In this document: positions 24,272 to 36,513 of the stretch, one piece after another | Numbering within the stretch: position 1 is the first letter of the stretch | How the letters are laid out: the number at the start of each line of letters is the position of its first letter | DNA from: Bilabrum cf. latius | Lineage: Eukaryota | Direction: 5' to 3' | Length of the DNA stretch: 64,000 nt | NCBI GenBank assembly: GCA_965178125.1 | Contig: OZ237752.1 | Coordinates: 496,001 to 560,000, forward strand | The notes under the pieces: generated by a model | What the model saw: only the letters and a program-made list of their open reading frames with translations | What the model was told of the DNA's origin: nothing | Database searches by the model: none | Made by a program: the position numbers and the translations under genes

Positions 24272-27200
24272 ATGGCCGACGACAGCTCGAAGTCCAGCGT
24301 GGAACAAGACAGCACTCAGGCTGGTGGATCTGGAGCACCCACAGCGGTCATAAAGCTTCCAGGTCGCATAGCAAAGCTGAAACGGCTGTTGCAGAACGCA
24401 CGCGTAGAGATGCTTGCTCGCGTGAGGGACGGTGTTGACAGCGCACAGCCCCCGGCAGCGCAAGCACAAGCAACACCCACTGGGCATGCCGCGATCAAAG
24501 ACACAGCCCAATCAGGTCAATCAAGTCAACCAGGTCAATCAGGCGGATCAGCTGCTTCCATTACTGCGAAATCACGCCCTTAGGCAGCATCTAGCGCGCC
24601 CGTCAGCGGAGGTGCCCCGGCTGCAGAGACCGATGGTGCCGGAATAGCAACGCAGCGATTGCTGTCGGCTTGGATGCGCGAGTTCAGGCTTAAGCCAAGC
24701 ACGTGGCACGATGCTCCCACGATGTCGCCGCCCTCATTCGATTCGAGCGACCCTGTTGAGACTGGCTCCGTACGGGACGCTGCCATGCGGCGAGACGAGC
24801 AGCTCGCATCGCGGCTGCGAAAGGAGAGGCAGGAAGCGGCTGCGCTGGGCGATGCGGCGTCCTCATCGGCCGCAAAGACAGGGGAAGGATCCACCGGTTC
24901 AACCTCCGCATCGAGTGCCCGGGGTGCGGCGGGCGCCAGCCCCGGTGACAGCGCAAGGGCTAGAGCAGAAGCCCGGCTGGCAGCGCGATCGCTGGTCGGC
25001 AAGACAGGCGCCACTGGCAGAGGACGGAACCCTGCCCGCAGCCGTCGGAACGAGCCCGGGATCCAGCTGACGCAAGCTGTTTTCCCTGAAAGGGTTGCAA
25101 CCGCTCCTACGGATCTGTTGTCAAAGGACGGCCGGTTGCTGACGGGAATCGACCTGCCGGTGCACGCCGATCTATGGGACATGCCCCCGCCGCACGTTGG
25201 GCAGCCGGCAGGGGCATAGGGAAGGTCCCCCGGCAGTCAGCGGTCAGGTGCGGGGGCTAGAAGTGCAGGCGTGCGTGTGGCCGAGGCCAATGGCGCGGCA
25301 TCTGGCGGCGACCGGCGGGCCGGCGGGCAAGCCGAGGCAGTATCGTTGCCGATGTGCGGTGGGTGCGTGCCTCGCGTGTGCTCCTATTTCGAAGTCACGA
25401 TTGGGACGAAGGCAGACATCACAACGTGTGGAGGAGATTACGAAGCAGAGCAAGCCGCCAGGGTTGCTGAAGGAGGAGGCATGTTTCTGGGAGGACCCGA
25501 TGAAGGGGTCTGCGTCGCGGTGGGCCTGACCAAAGACAGCGTGGCGCTCCGGGGATCCATGCCCGGCTGGAATCGTGCCTCTGTGGGCTACCACGGGGAT
25601 GATGGGCACAAGTTCCATGCGAGTGGAAGGGGGCAGCGCTTCGGGCCCAGGTTTGGCGCAGGCGACACTGTAGGGTGCGGCATCGACTACGGCCCTTGCC
25701 TGCCGGTGGGGGTGCCTGCTGGCGTTCGGGTGCAGGCTGAGAGCGAGCTCGCGGAAGCAGGACTGCCTCCCCTCGGCGGCTTGGGCGCAAGTGCAGATAA
25801 TGGAGCGGACGAGGAGGAAGAAGAGGGGCTTGGGGGTAGCTTGGACGCAAACGACGAAGACGACGAGGATGCTTCCGTCGGCAGCACGAGGCGCACCCCA
25901 GCTGCGGTGATGGCCGCTTCTCTCAGCAGTGCCGCTCGCATGGCAAGCCAGTGGGGCGATGGTACACCCAGCGCTACAACAGCTATGTTTGTAGGGTCTA
26001 CATCCAATGAAGGGGACCCCTATGGACCTGGAGAGAGACAATCCGCCAGGGTGCGGCGCAAGAAGGCGAGAGCTGCAGCCGGTCACGCACCCGGACAAGT
26101 GACCACTCGCTCGATAGAAAGCAGCGGCAACGACTCCGTCACGGTCCAACCGGCCGATCCCCGCGGGGCCAGGGTATTCTACACGCTGAATGGCAGCTTC
26201 ATTGGATATGCGTTCGTCGGTCTTGACGTGAGCCAGGCATGGTACCCGTGCGCGGGGCTGGACTCGCCGTATCCGGTGCGCTTCAACTTCGGCGTGGACC
26301 CGCGCAGGCCATTCCTCTTCCCTCTGGCTCAGTTTGAGCACTCCATATGGAGGGAGTACTACAAGAGGAATGCCCCCTTTGTTCATGAGCTGCTGGGTAG
26401 GATTGGCAGGAAGGCTGCGGGCCAGCTAAAGGCATGCCCCATGCTACAGCACGCGTCCGTGGGTGGGCTGCGAGTCGAGCGGCTTCCCGCAGGTTCAAGT
26501 GGGACGGCAGCGCACAGTGCAGCTGCAGGTGTCAGCAGTCGCAGCCAGGCAGACAAGCATGAAGCCGAGTCAAGAAAGGCTCCAGCACGACCCATGGGAT
26601 TGCTCGCAGATCGTGACGCGGGCCGCATCAAGATCTTGCCAGGCAGCTCCCCCATGGCCGGTGGAATGCTCGCCCCGCGTACGTCGCCGCCGACTTCCAG
26701 GCACAGGCCGCTGCCGATGGCTGGGGCAGCACAGGGCGGCAGTGTGCGGCTTCGGAGCGGGATGGCTGCGGTAGTACCAAGCCCCGGGACCGGGCCCATG
26801 GAAGGCGGGACCAGGTCAAGAGCACCTAGCGAATCGTCCACCTCGATGCAGAGCGGTCAGACAGCAGCGAAAAGCACGCTGCTGCGCAAGGGCAGCATAA
26901 GCTCGGTCGGCAGCGAGGGCGGCACCGCCGGAGAGGGCCCCGGCAACAGCAGCCACAGGGTTGTCCTAAGCAACCTGACGCCCGTCGCGGCTCGATTTCC
27001 TGGGGTAGAGGACACCTCCGTGGGACAGGCCATTCTGGGGATGCAAGCCGCGTTTGCAGTGGGTGTTCTGGCCAGGAGGCGTGATGTGATCAAGCAGAAA
27101 CTCTCCCATGCACGGTCTCTCGTCAACCGTATAGCTACAGCGATCGAGGGTATCGAAGTTGCCGCCAGCCATGCGCAAGTTGCCTTCCCAGATGTGCTAC

Positions 27201-28399
27201 AACAATAGCGCGATGTAGATGCCCATGCGTCATAGTCAGTGGACAAAGTAAGGTCTGGCGGTGCGTTATCACCCGGAGCCGCAGGTTCGACAAGCGATGA
27301 TGCCGTAGAAGTGCCTCCAAGCATCGCTGGCACGAGTCCTCAGGCGGTCGGTGGCCCCGCCCACCAGGCCCTCCTAGATACCATCAATCGGCTGATAAGC
27401 ATGATTGAATCCACCGGTGAGGGAAGTGAGACTGCCCCTGCGAAGGAGTCCACGGATGGAGCGGTGAGCTCTTCAGCGGTTGAGGCAGCGGCAGCCTAGG
27501 GTGGTTCGGCTGGAACCACTGCCGCAGGAGCCGCGTCTGCTCGTGAGTCAGAGTCCACCCGCGCGGCGGGCACGCATGACAAGGGCAAGCCAAGGCTGGC
27601 CCACCTGTTCCGTGATCTAAACGACGCAGTGGAGGCGATGGTGCAGGAATCGAAGCTAAATCTGAAGCGGAGGCAAGCGACCAAGGACGACGAGAAACGC
27701 CAGGACATCGCCGGGATCCAGTGGTCCAGGGGGCGGAAGCCCGACCCAGAGGTTGACGCATGGGAGACAACAGAGGCAGTCGCGGGTGCAGGTGAGGGCC
27801 ACGGAGCAAGGAAGCGGCCCCGATGGGACAATGTGCACAGAGAGGACCAAAGCCAAGGCCCCGGTGATGTCCCCGTGCACCACGCCGGGGCGGTTCGGCC
27901 CAACTGGCAGCTGGAGCGGGTGAGACGGCAGAACGCACGCGGTGGTTTAAGGGGTGCCCGGGGAGGGATGGCGCAGATGCAGCTGCTGGTCGATTTGATG
28001 AGGGGTGCGCGCATGCAACTCCGCAACGCGATGGATGGCGGCGATGATGGTGCGGAAGACGAAGAAAATGCGGAGTGGCCCGTGCGTGCGCCTGGAGAGA
28101 TCAACGATGGGGATGACGATGAAGCTGTTGAAGGCGATGAAGATGGCGGGCATGGTGAGGTGCTGGGCGGTCCGGCTGGCGGCACTGGACCCGTGCAGCA
28201 CCGGGACCCGGAGTTGCGGATGATGGGGCGGGTTCTGGCCATGCTGGAGGCCATGGATGGGCAGGAAGCTGGCGGCGAAAGCGATGCAGACGAAGACATT
28301 GATGTCAGTGATGGCAGCGAGGCCAGCGAGGGCGAGTCCAGCAGCGGCGAAGGCAGCGATGCGGTCGGTGACGATGGGAGCGATCACGATTCAGGCTGA
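24272..28399 (+). CDS. SPRY-domain protein (RanBP9/10-type SPRY) with long low-complexity regions, about 1375 aa; 5 in-frame TAG
   Basis: YFEVTI, MPGW..SVGYHGDDG, FGPRFGAGDTVGCGID, VFYTLNG, WYPCAGLDS, RFNFG. TAG at 24581, 25217, 27206 (after CAA CAA), 27233, 27497; ends TGA. Confidence 0.8.
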
Positions 28400-28575
28400 G
28401 TGGAGGGCGATCGTGGTGAGCTTCTCGATGCCAGCCGTCCGATTCTAGCCCTATTTGTGGTTGAGGAGCCATTGGATAGTATTATAGGCAAGGGGGGATT
28501 GCAGTTGCACGGATCTTTACTCTTGAGCAATGACGCCGATCAGTTATGCACGTACGGATCTATTTGCAAGTTGAG

Positions 28576-29661
28576 TCACTTCCCCCACCCCCTTCCTCCA
28601 CCCCTTCCTCCACGCCCCCTTCCGACCCCCCTCCCTCGGTCTTGACCCCTTCCCCTTCCTCTGCCCCTACCATAGCCCCTTCCTCTGCCACCGTGCTCGC
28701 CACCACGTCCAAAGCCACCTCTGCCATATCCCCCGCCTCGACCTATGCCCCGCCCACCCCCTCGTCCACTGCCAGTACCTCGCCCTCCCTCCCACCCACC
28801 CCCACGGCCTCGCCCGCGAGACACCCCCCTGCCCCTACCCCTCCCCCTCCCATTGGCGTGGCTCCCTGCCTCCTCCCTGGCACCCCTCGGCTGCCGAGAG
28901 GCCTGCTCCTCCTCGATACCCTCGTAGATCGCGTCGATCCCGTGCTCTGCAATGAAATCTTCTAGTGGTGCGTACCGCTCGCCCCGCTCGATCGCGGCCA
29001 TCATCTCCTTGCGCATGGACACAAGCGGGTTGTCCACCCCGAATCCATACCCACGTTGCTTTTCTTGTTCGTGCTTCTCTTCTGGAGGCGGACCGGCGTC
29101 CATCTGGGCTTCTTGCTCCAGCTCAGATCGTACATCTCGTGTTATTGCTTTCTATTCGCGTCGTCGTTGGCGTTGAATTGCCTGCCAAGACGGGTGCTTG
29201 TCCTCGAACAGCGGCTCGCCGAATTGGTCTAGGCCGCGACCCTTGCCTGCCCCCCTGCCGTGAATCTTGGCCCCCCCTCGCGGTGCAGAAACGTAGGAAG
29301 ATCGAGCAGCTGTTGTTGCCGAAACAGCAATTGATTCAACCACAGATGGGGGCATGCCATCAGAACCAGATGCAATCGGCAGCGACGGTCCCTCCTCGAC
29401 ATCTGCATCGGAATCGCTATCACTCGAACTGCCGCTAGAGCTTTCGTTTGTATCTTCTAAAGAAGTGTCCTCTACACTATCTTCGGATTCGCTGGCTGGT
29501 GGAGGAGGTTCCGAGAGATTTTCGTTCGGTTCCTCCGCAGACTTTCTGCCAAGTTTTTGCAGCAGCTTAAGCCTGAGCTTTTCGAGGGCACCCTTTCGAG
29601 AGGTGCTCGCTTTAATCGTGCTGTCATCACTGGGTCTGGCGCGTTTCGTGCCTGGTCGCAT
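28576..29661 (-). CDS. Probable nucleolar protein with a BUD22/SRFBP1-like HPSW motif and an RGG tail; 1 in-frame TAG
   Basis: KHPSWQA motif, acidic/serine tract, C-terminal RGG/GAR repeats. TAG 29152 joins two ORFs; ends TGA. Confidence 0.6.
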
Positions 29662-29778
29662 GTTAGAATGGTGGCAGTTGCACTAAATGCAGCCGACGAA
29701 ACTGTAGTTGCACTTCGTGCACTGGCAGCTTTGAGGTGACGACTGCGGGCCTAGAGAGCATCAGGATTCACATAACAA

Positions 29779-32700
29779 TCAAAGCTCCTCCCCTGATGCC
29801 CTGTCGGTGCCTGTCCAGCTCTCGGTCAGCTCATTGACACTCCGATGCCGGTTCCCGGCAAGCCGCTCCCTGATCCCAACTACAAATTCCTGTAGGCCGG
29901 CCCCAAGCGCAATGCCAGTCTGGGCCGGGCCCATCGCCGCGTACCGGCACCCTGCGTCGCTCCAGCAAGATTCCGAGGACGGCTGCCGCGTGCTGCTGCT
30001 CTATGTACCGCTGTCCTATCCACCAGCGATGCCGGTTTCCTCCAGCGCTGCCTCTAGCTATCCAGTGGTAGCAGCCAGGAGCAGCGCCACGAACAGCAAC
30101 ACGACAAGAGACAAGCACACGCCCACCACCCCGCAGCAAGATCCCGACGATGATGCACCTGCCCGCCCCTCGCCCACCTAGGCCCTCAGGGCATCGATCT
30201 GCCGCGTTGCCTCCTCATACGCATTGGTCGCGTCCGTGCACCGATGCTCAAGCCTCTCCACCTCCTAGGCCAAAGCGCCCTCCTCACCCTGATCGAGCCC
30301 GGCTCCACCCGATGAAATTTGTTCCCTGAGCTCTCCCAGTTCGCCCTCCAGCCGCTGCAGCGCCTCCCTTAGCCCTTGCGCGTCCGACTCGCTGTTCCTC
30401 AGCCGAGTCCTCACCTCCTCGAAGGCCTGCTGTGCCTCCTCTGCACGCGCCTCGGCTCGCTTGCTGCGCTCCGCTGCAGCTTCCAGATCCTTCCTTAGGG
30501 ACTCGGAGCGGGCACGCTCCTGCTCCAGCTCAACTGCATAGGCCTAAGCGTCTGTTTCAGATACGGCTGACCCTCCCGCTGCAGTACCGGCGGCGGCCTG
30601 CTGCTGCCTGAGACCCTCCATCTCCTCCTGCATGCGCTTGGACTTGCCTTGCTCCTCCTGCAGCTGGCTCTGGGCAGTGTCCAGCTTGCTTTGCAGCTGT
30701 GCAAGCTGCCTCCCCGTGGCAGCCCCCGAGTGCCTCTGTGTTCTCTTCATGGACTCCAGGTCGCCGATCCTCGACTCTGCGTCCTTGGCGCGGGCCTCCA
30801 GCGCCTGCACCTGCTGCTTTGCCTGCGCGGCGGTTTCTTCCCACTTGCTGGCGGATTGCCTCGCCTGTTCCAACTCCTGGCGAAGCTGTGCCTGTGCCTC
30901 ATCCTGGGCTTGTTGCTTCTGCTTGAGCTGCTGCAGCAAGCTGGCATCCGGGCCTTCGCCCTGCACATGGGCTGGCGAGCTCGGGTTGCCTACACCAAGC
31001 GGAGCAGGAGCAGCGGTTGAACTGGAAGGATCTGCTGAAGCAGTGGAAGCGTGTGCACCGCTGGCTGCGTGCTCCCTGCCGGCAGCGGGAGCACCTGCGG
31101 CCCCCGAAGACCCAGAGGTGCTAAACTCAAGGGCTTTACGGATCTCGTCCATCCCAGGAAACTATTCCCCGGCTGCAGCGCCTCGACTGAGATTGTTCTC
31201 TATAGCTGTGCCTTGCTAGTTTCCCTCACCGGTGCGCACAGGGTTGCTCCCGTCGGCAGCACCCGCTCCATCCATGGCACCTGCTGGCACAGCGACTTGC
31301 TCGGATCCAAGGCCGCCGGCTCGGTGGGACCGCGAGAGGGCTTGCTCGGCCCTCCTGCCCGCCGAATCCACGGAAGGTGGCAGCACCGGCGGGACGGGAG
31401 CCCTTTGCCCTGATGAACCCTTGCCTCTCGAGGCTGACCCACGGCCACTGGACCTTGCTCGCATGGCGATGGCATGCCTCTGGCGCTGGCGACTCGCAGC
31501 TCGGAGCGCCTTGGAGGGAGAGAACGCGCGAAATGGGCGGCGGGACATGCCCGACCTGCTCAACCCGCCTGCTTGGCTACGGGTGGACGAACCAGGCGCC
31601 GCAGGGGGACGCGTGGACCCGCCCGGCAGCGAGCGATCGACATCCTGCGAAGCCTCCGCCGCCTGCGGTCCTGCCCATGTTGATGACAGTTTTGGCGGCG
31701 AGGTGTTGCTTTGACCGCCCGAGTTAGCGTGCGCATCCCCCGCTGCTGCTGCTGCTGCTGTCTCTCGAGGACTCGCCGGTGTGGACACGAACATGCCTCG
31801 CGTGTCGGAGACGATCTCGACGCTGCGGTCCTGGGAGGCTGCACCCGTGCTGCCGCCCTCTTGGCTACCCCGTTCCTGCTCCTAACCCTTCCCCTCCTCT
31901 GTGCGGGCGAGTCCAGGGACCCTTGCGACGGCGGGGGAGCCCACGGTCCCATCCAGGTCGAGTCCAGTGCCAGCGAGCAAGCTATCTGCAGCTGCCTTCT
32001 CGTCCGTGCTTTGGGCGCCATCTTCACTGCACTGCTCCTGGTCTTTGATGAAGGACACTGCGCCCTCGTACACTGTTCCCTGCACCCTCCGCTCAAGTGC
32101 CGCCCTCATCCGGTCGTCCACCCTGCGTGCTACCGCGGGAGAGAGCGCCCCGCTCATGACGAGCTTCTCCAGGGGCGTCGGTGAGCTGGCCTTGTCCTCG
32201 TCCTCATCCTCATCTTCCTCGTCTTCGTACAGACCGTCATCTTCCCCTTCTTTGCGTTCCTACAGCCCGCCCTTACGACCCCCTGGCCGAAATTTCGGTG
32301 AAACATCGGCCCCGTGTGCAGCTGCGTCCTACTGCCACTCGTCCCCCACGAGATCAGCGGGGTCGATCAACGAGCCTGGGTACTGCGCCCCATCTCCGTG
32401 CCCGTGCCCGTGCCCGTGCCCGTGCCCGTGCTCCAGAAGACCCGCCGATCCCGCCTGTGCCTGGCTGCTGCCCAGCATCGTGGACGCCTGCCCCGCTGGG
32501 GCGCCTCTGGCACCGGCATGTGCCACCGGTGACAGGGCCTCGGTGGCCTTGGCATCAGCAGCTGTCTGCGGCGCTTTGTCGCCCTACGGCTCCTCGCCCA
32601 TGCCCCACTCGTCATCATCGAACTCCAAGTCATCCGCTTCGCCCCACGCAGCACCGACATCGCCGGACCCGGGCTGCTGCGTTCCACTGGCCGGCATCGC

Positions 32701-33424
32701 GCCGGCCGCTGCTCCATGACGCGGCTCTGACGGAGCAGCGAAGCCATCAATGAAGCTCGCCTCGCCGCCTGCCCGGCTCTATCTCGCATTGCTGGGGGAT
32801 TGATCACCCCTTGGGGTTGCGCCCGAGTAGTTGCTGTACAGGTCGGTGTCCATGCCGGGTGTTCGACCAAGAGGTGGAGTCGCCCCGGCATCGAATGTGC
32901 TGGATCCAGGCCTCGTGCCTCGATGCGGAGTGAACGGTGACATGATACCGGCATACGCATCTTGAGATGCATCGTCCCGTCTCACGACTTCTTTGTATGA
33001 AGCGGTCAAGAGCATCGTGGTGAGGGTTCCATTCGACGTTTCTCCGAACGCATGATTCGGGTATATCGCGGAGGCGTTTTCAGCTGCCACATGCTCCATG
33101 AACTTCAAAAGTGCGAGCTTGTCTGGAACTCGGCGGGAGCCGCTGACCTTATCGGGTGCTTCGCCAAGTGCCTGCTTTGCAGAGGCTATCGTGTCCGGCT
33201 TCAATGCTCCTCCAGGTAGCTAGAGGCTGATCAGAAGATCTTCATAACGCTTGATATCTGCGTTTACGCTGGAACAAAGTAAAAGTCGTACCAAAATCAG
33301 TGGCAATCGTACAAGACCCTAACTTCGAGAAAACCAAAATGAACATACCTAGCTGGTCTTGTGCGTCGCCGTACTCAAACACGCGATCTAGTAGACCTGA
33401 ATACGACCCCATCAAGCGCTCCAT
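29779..33424 (-). CDS. Long low-complexity/coiled-coil protein with a C-proximal transmembrane helix, ending GEEL; intron 33258-33348; many in-frame TAG
   Basis: ORFs ending at 32779, 32329, 31882, 31216 and 30544 are in one frame linked by TAG. Heptad-rich 30180-30950; TM VVGVCLSLVVLLFVALLLAA about 30070-30130; TGA 29779. Confidence 0.7.
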
Positions 33425-33587
33425 GGCACAATTTGTGGTGAGGCCCGCTGTCCAGCTGCTCTGTTCAGGTTTCATGACTGTTGGTGGCAGCGGAACCACT
33501 GCGCCAGCGGCGCCTTGGCTGTGATCGAGATCTACAAGTTGGCACTACCAGCACACTGTTGCACTTTTAAAGCGGCATTGGTCCGCT

Positions 33588-36409
33588 ATGTCGAGTACAG
33601 ATGGGACCGCTGCGGCGGATCTAAGCGAGCACGCCATTCCATTTATAACCTTCGACGACGATGCGAAAGAGGGTGGGCAGTACAAGATCAACCCAGAGGC
33701 GATAGAATACTTGCAATCCATCAAGGAGAAAATCGCTATTGTATCCATAGCAGGTGAGTCCGCTCTTGATTCGCGCTGGATAGCTTCTGAACTCTTCGTT
33801 GCTGCCAACGGTTGCCGTGCTGAGATCGCATCCATTCCTTCGTCACTGCAGGTCTATACAGGACTGGCAAAAGCTACCTATTGAATGCGTTGATGGGAAA
33901 ACCAGCTGGCTTCACCGTTGGCCCGACCGTGAAGGCCTGCACTCAAGGCATCTGGCTGTGGGGAAAGGCGATTCCAGCGATACCCTTCGAGGGTCCCACT
34001 AATCCAACTGAGGATGGAAAGGAAGTGGACACACGCGGTTTGAAGGTTTTATTTATGGACACAGAGGGTCTTGGCAGCACGAAACGCTCGGAGACGTACG
34101 ACACGCGCGTGTTTGCCCTCGCGCTGCTCCTGTCCTCTTGCTTCGTCTACAACAGCGTGGGCACGATCGACGGTAGCGCCATTTCCAAGCTCTCGCTTGT
34201 AGTGAATCTCACAAAACACATTCATGTTAGGTCGCATGCAGGCTCCGGCAAGCCTGCGGCTCCTGGTGCGGGAGCGGGTGCCTCGTCGGGAGCTGGCAGC
34301 AGCAGCAGCAGCGGCGGCGGCGGCGGCTCGTAGCCAGTGGAGGACAGCGGCACTGAGTACAGGCACTACTTCCCGCAGTTTGTTTGGGTGGTAAGAGACT
34401 TTGGGGTGAAGCTGGAGAGGAACGGGCGGCACATTTCCAGCTCCGAGTACCTGTCCTACGCCCTGGAAGACGAGCCCGGAGTGGACGACTCGACCGAGCG
34501 GAAGAACGTGGTGCGGCGGATGCTGCGGGAATTCTTCCCCGAAAGGGACTGTGTGACAATGGTGCGGCCCATCAGCGACGAAAAGAAGCTCAACCGCCTC
34601 TTCGATGTCCCCTGGGAGGAGATCAGGCCACAGTTCAGGAAGCAGCTGGAGGGGCTCAGGAGGAAAGTGCTGGGCGGGGCCAAGCCCAAGATCCTGTTCG
34701 GGCAGGCGCTGGACGGTCCCATGCTGGCCTCTCTAGCTGAAGCGTACGTGGAGGCGCTGAACCAGCAGGGCACCCCGGTGATATCCACCGCCTGGGACAG
34801 AGTGGTGGAGGGGCAGTGCAGGGAGGCAGCGGAGAAGGGCCTCAAGGTGTACCAGGAGGCCATGAAGGCGAGCATGAGGGCGAGGGGGATGATGGGCCCG
34901 CCCGCGGGGGAGGCAGGGGGGCCCATGGGGGCGAGTGGGTCGGGCGCCACGCAAGAGGCCCTGGGGCTGGGGGGCGGGATCGTGCTGGAATCGAGCGGGA
35001 TGGAAATGGCGCACGCGGAGTGCCTGGGCGCCGCGCGCGACACGTTCCGCAAGGAGGCCGTGGATGACGTGGCTAAGGCGGGCGAGCACGAGCAGCTGCT
35101 CCTGCAGCGTGTGACCCAGCACCGGACTCGCTGCGACAGGGTGAACGAGGATAACAGCAGGGTGCTGTGCGAGGGGGCTCTGCAGTACCTGCACGAGATC
35201 GCGTCGAGGGAGCTGATGGAGGCGCTGGAGGCGCAGGGTGAGGAACAGGTAAGTCGTGGTGCTCAAGAAGACAAGGAGGAGCAAAACCAACAGCAGCATG
35301 AGGCAGATGCTGACGGCTCCGAGTCGCTCCCCGCCGCGGTGCCCGCCACCCAGGTCGCCTCTGCGTACAAGCGGGCGGTGGAGAGGCTGCAGAGGGAGTA
35401 CCTGGGGATCGGGACGCCGGGGGAACAAGTGGAGGAAAAGCAACAGGCGGATAGCTCGGCTGGATCGCAGGGAACAAAAGAGCCGTCCGGCGGAGAGCCC
35501 GCGGCGCTGCCTGCCGGTCGTGGAGCAGGCCCCCGGAAGCACTCGTGCCTCGCCGGTTACCTCGTGGAGCAAGCCCCCCGCATGCTGGGCCAGGCAGCCG
35601 ATGCCTCGAGCAGGAGGCAGGTGGAGCGGGAGAGGCACCTGCGGCGGGCACTGGAGTCGGCGAGGAGGGCGGAGGCAGCGGCCCAGGGGCGCGCGCGCGC
35701 CACGGAAGAGAGTCTGGAGAGGGAGCGGAAGGAGGGCGAGCGAGCGCTTGCGCAGGCTGCCAAGGAGGCGGCGCTGGAGCAGGAGAAGCACGGGCAGCTG
35801 GTGGCAAGCCTTTAGAAGGCACAAGCGAGCATGCAGTCCAAGTTCGAGCAGGGCATCGCCTTCGCGGAGCGGGTGCAGAAGGACTGCGAGGAGCGGGCGA
35901 GCGAGGCGGAGGCCAAAGCGAGCAAGGAGAGGGCGGGGGCGGGGGAGGCGAGGTCCGAGCTCGCGGCGGAGCTGAGGAGGAGGGGGGACAGCGCGGAGGC
36001 GCTTGCAGAGGCGCAGAAGAAGCTGCTGGAGGCGTCGGAGGCGCGGAGGCTGGCCGAGGGTTCGCTGGGCGAGGCGGTTTCGGCCAAGCAGGTGCTCGAG
36101 GAGCGGTTGCGGGGAGCGCAGGCGGAGCTGACGCGGCTTCGGGAGCAGAGCGAACTCTTGTACGACAAGGCCCGGTCGCAGAAGGAATTGCTTGGGCAGG
36201 CAATTGAGCAGAAGCAGGAGTGCGAGCTGCAGTGGGGCATGGCGAAGGCGCAGGTGGCCGAGCTGGAGTCCGAGAAGGCGGGGCTGGAAACAGACCTCGA
36301 GACGCTCGAGTCGCTCGCGCGAACCATGAAGGATGCCCTCGTTGCGCTCAGATAGGCCGGTAACCTGCAGCTGGACGAGCCAGAGCAGGAAAAATTCGAA
36401 GAGTTGTGA
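33588..36409 (+). CDS. Guanylate-binding protein (GBP/atlastin family) GTPase with long coiled-coil tail; intron 33754-33851; 3 in-frame TAG
   Basis: Splicing restores P-loop AGLYRTGKSYLLN. CTQGIWLW, DTEG, YNSVGTID, WVVRDF. TAG at 34331, 35813, 36353; TGA 36407-36409. Confidence 0.9.
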
Positions 36410-36513
36410 TCGATTGTTTGGTTCCGCACGACTGCGCGGCGAATAATGGTTGCGTGCACAACCGCAGATATGTCGCACTCGATGCAGGGGCACAACATTT
36501 CGCCACAATCTTA

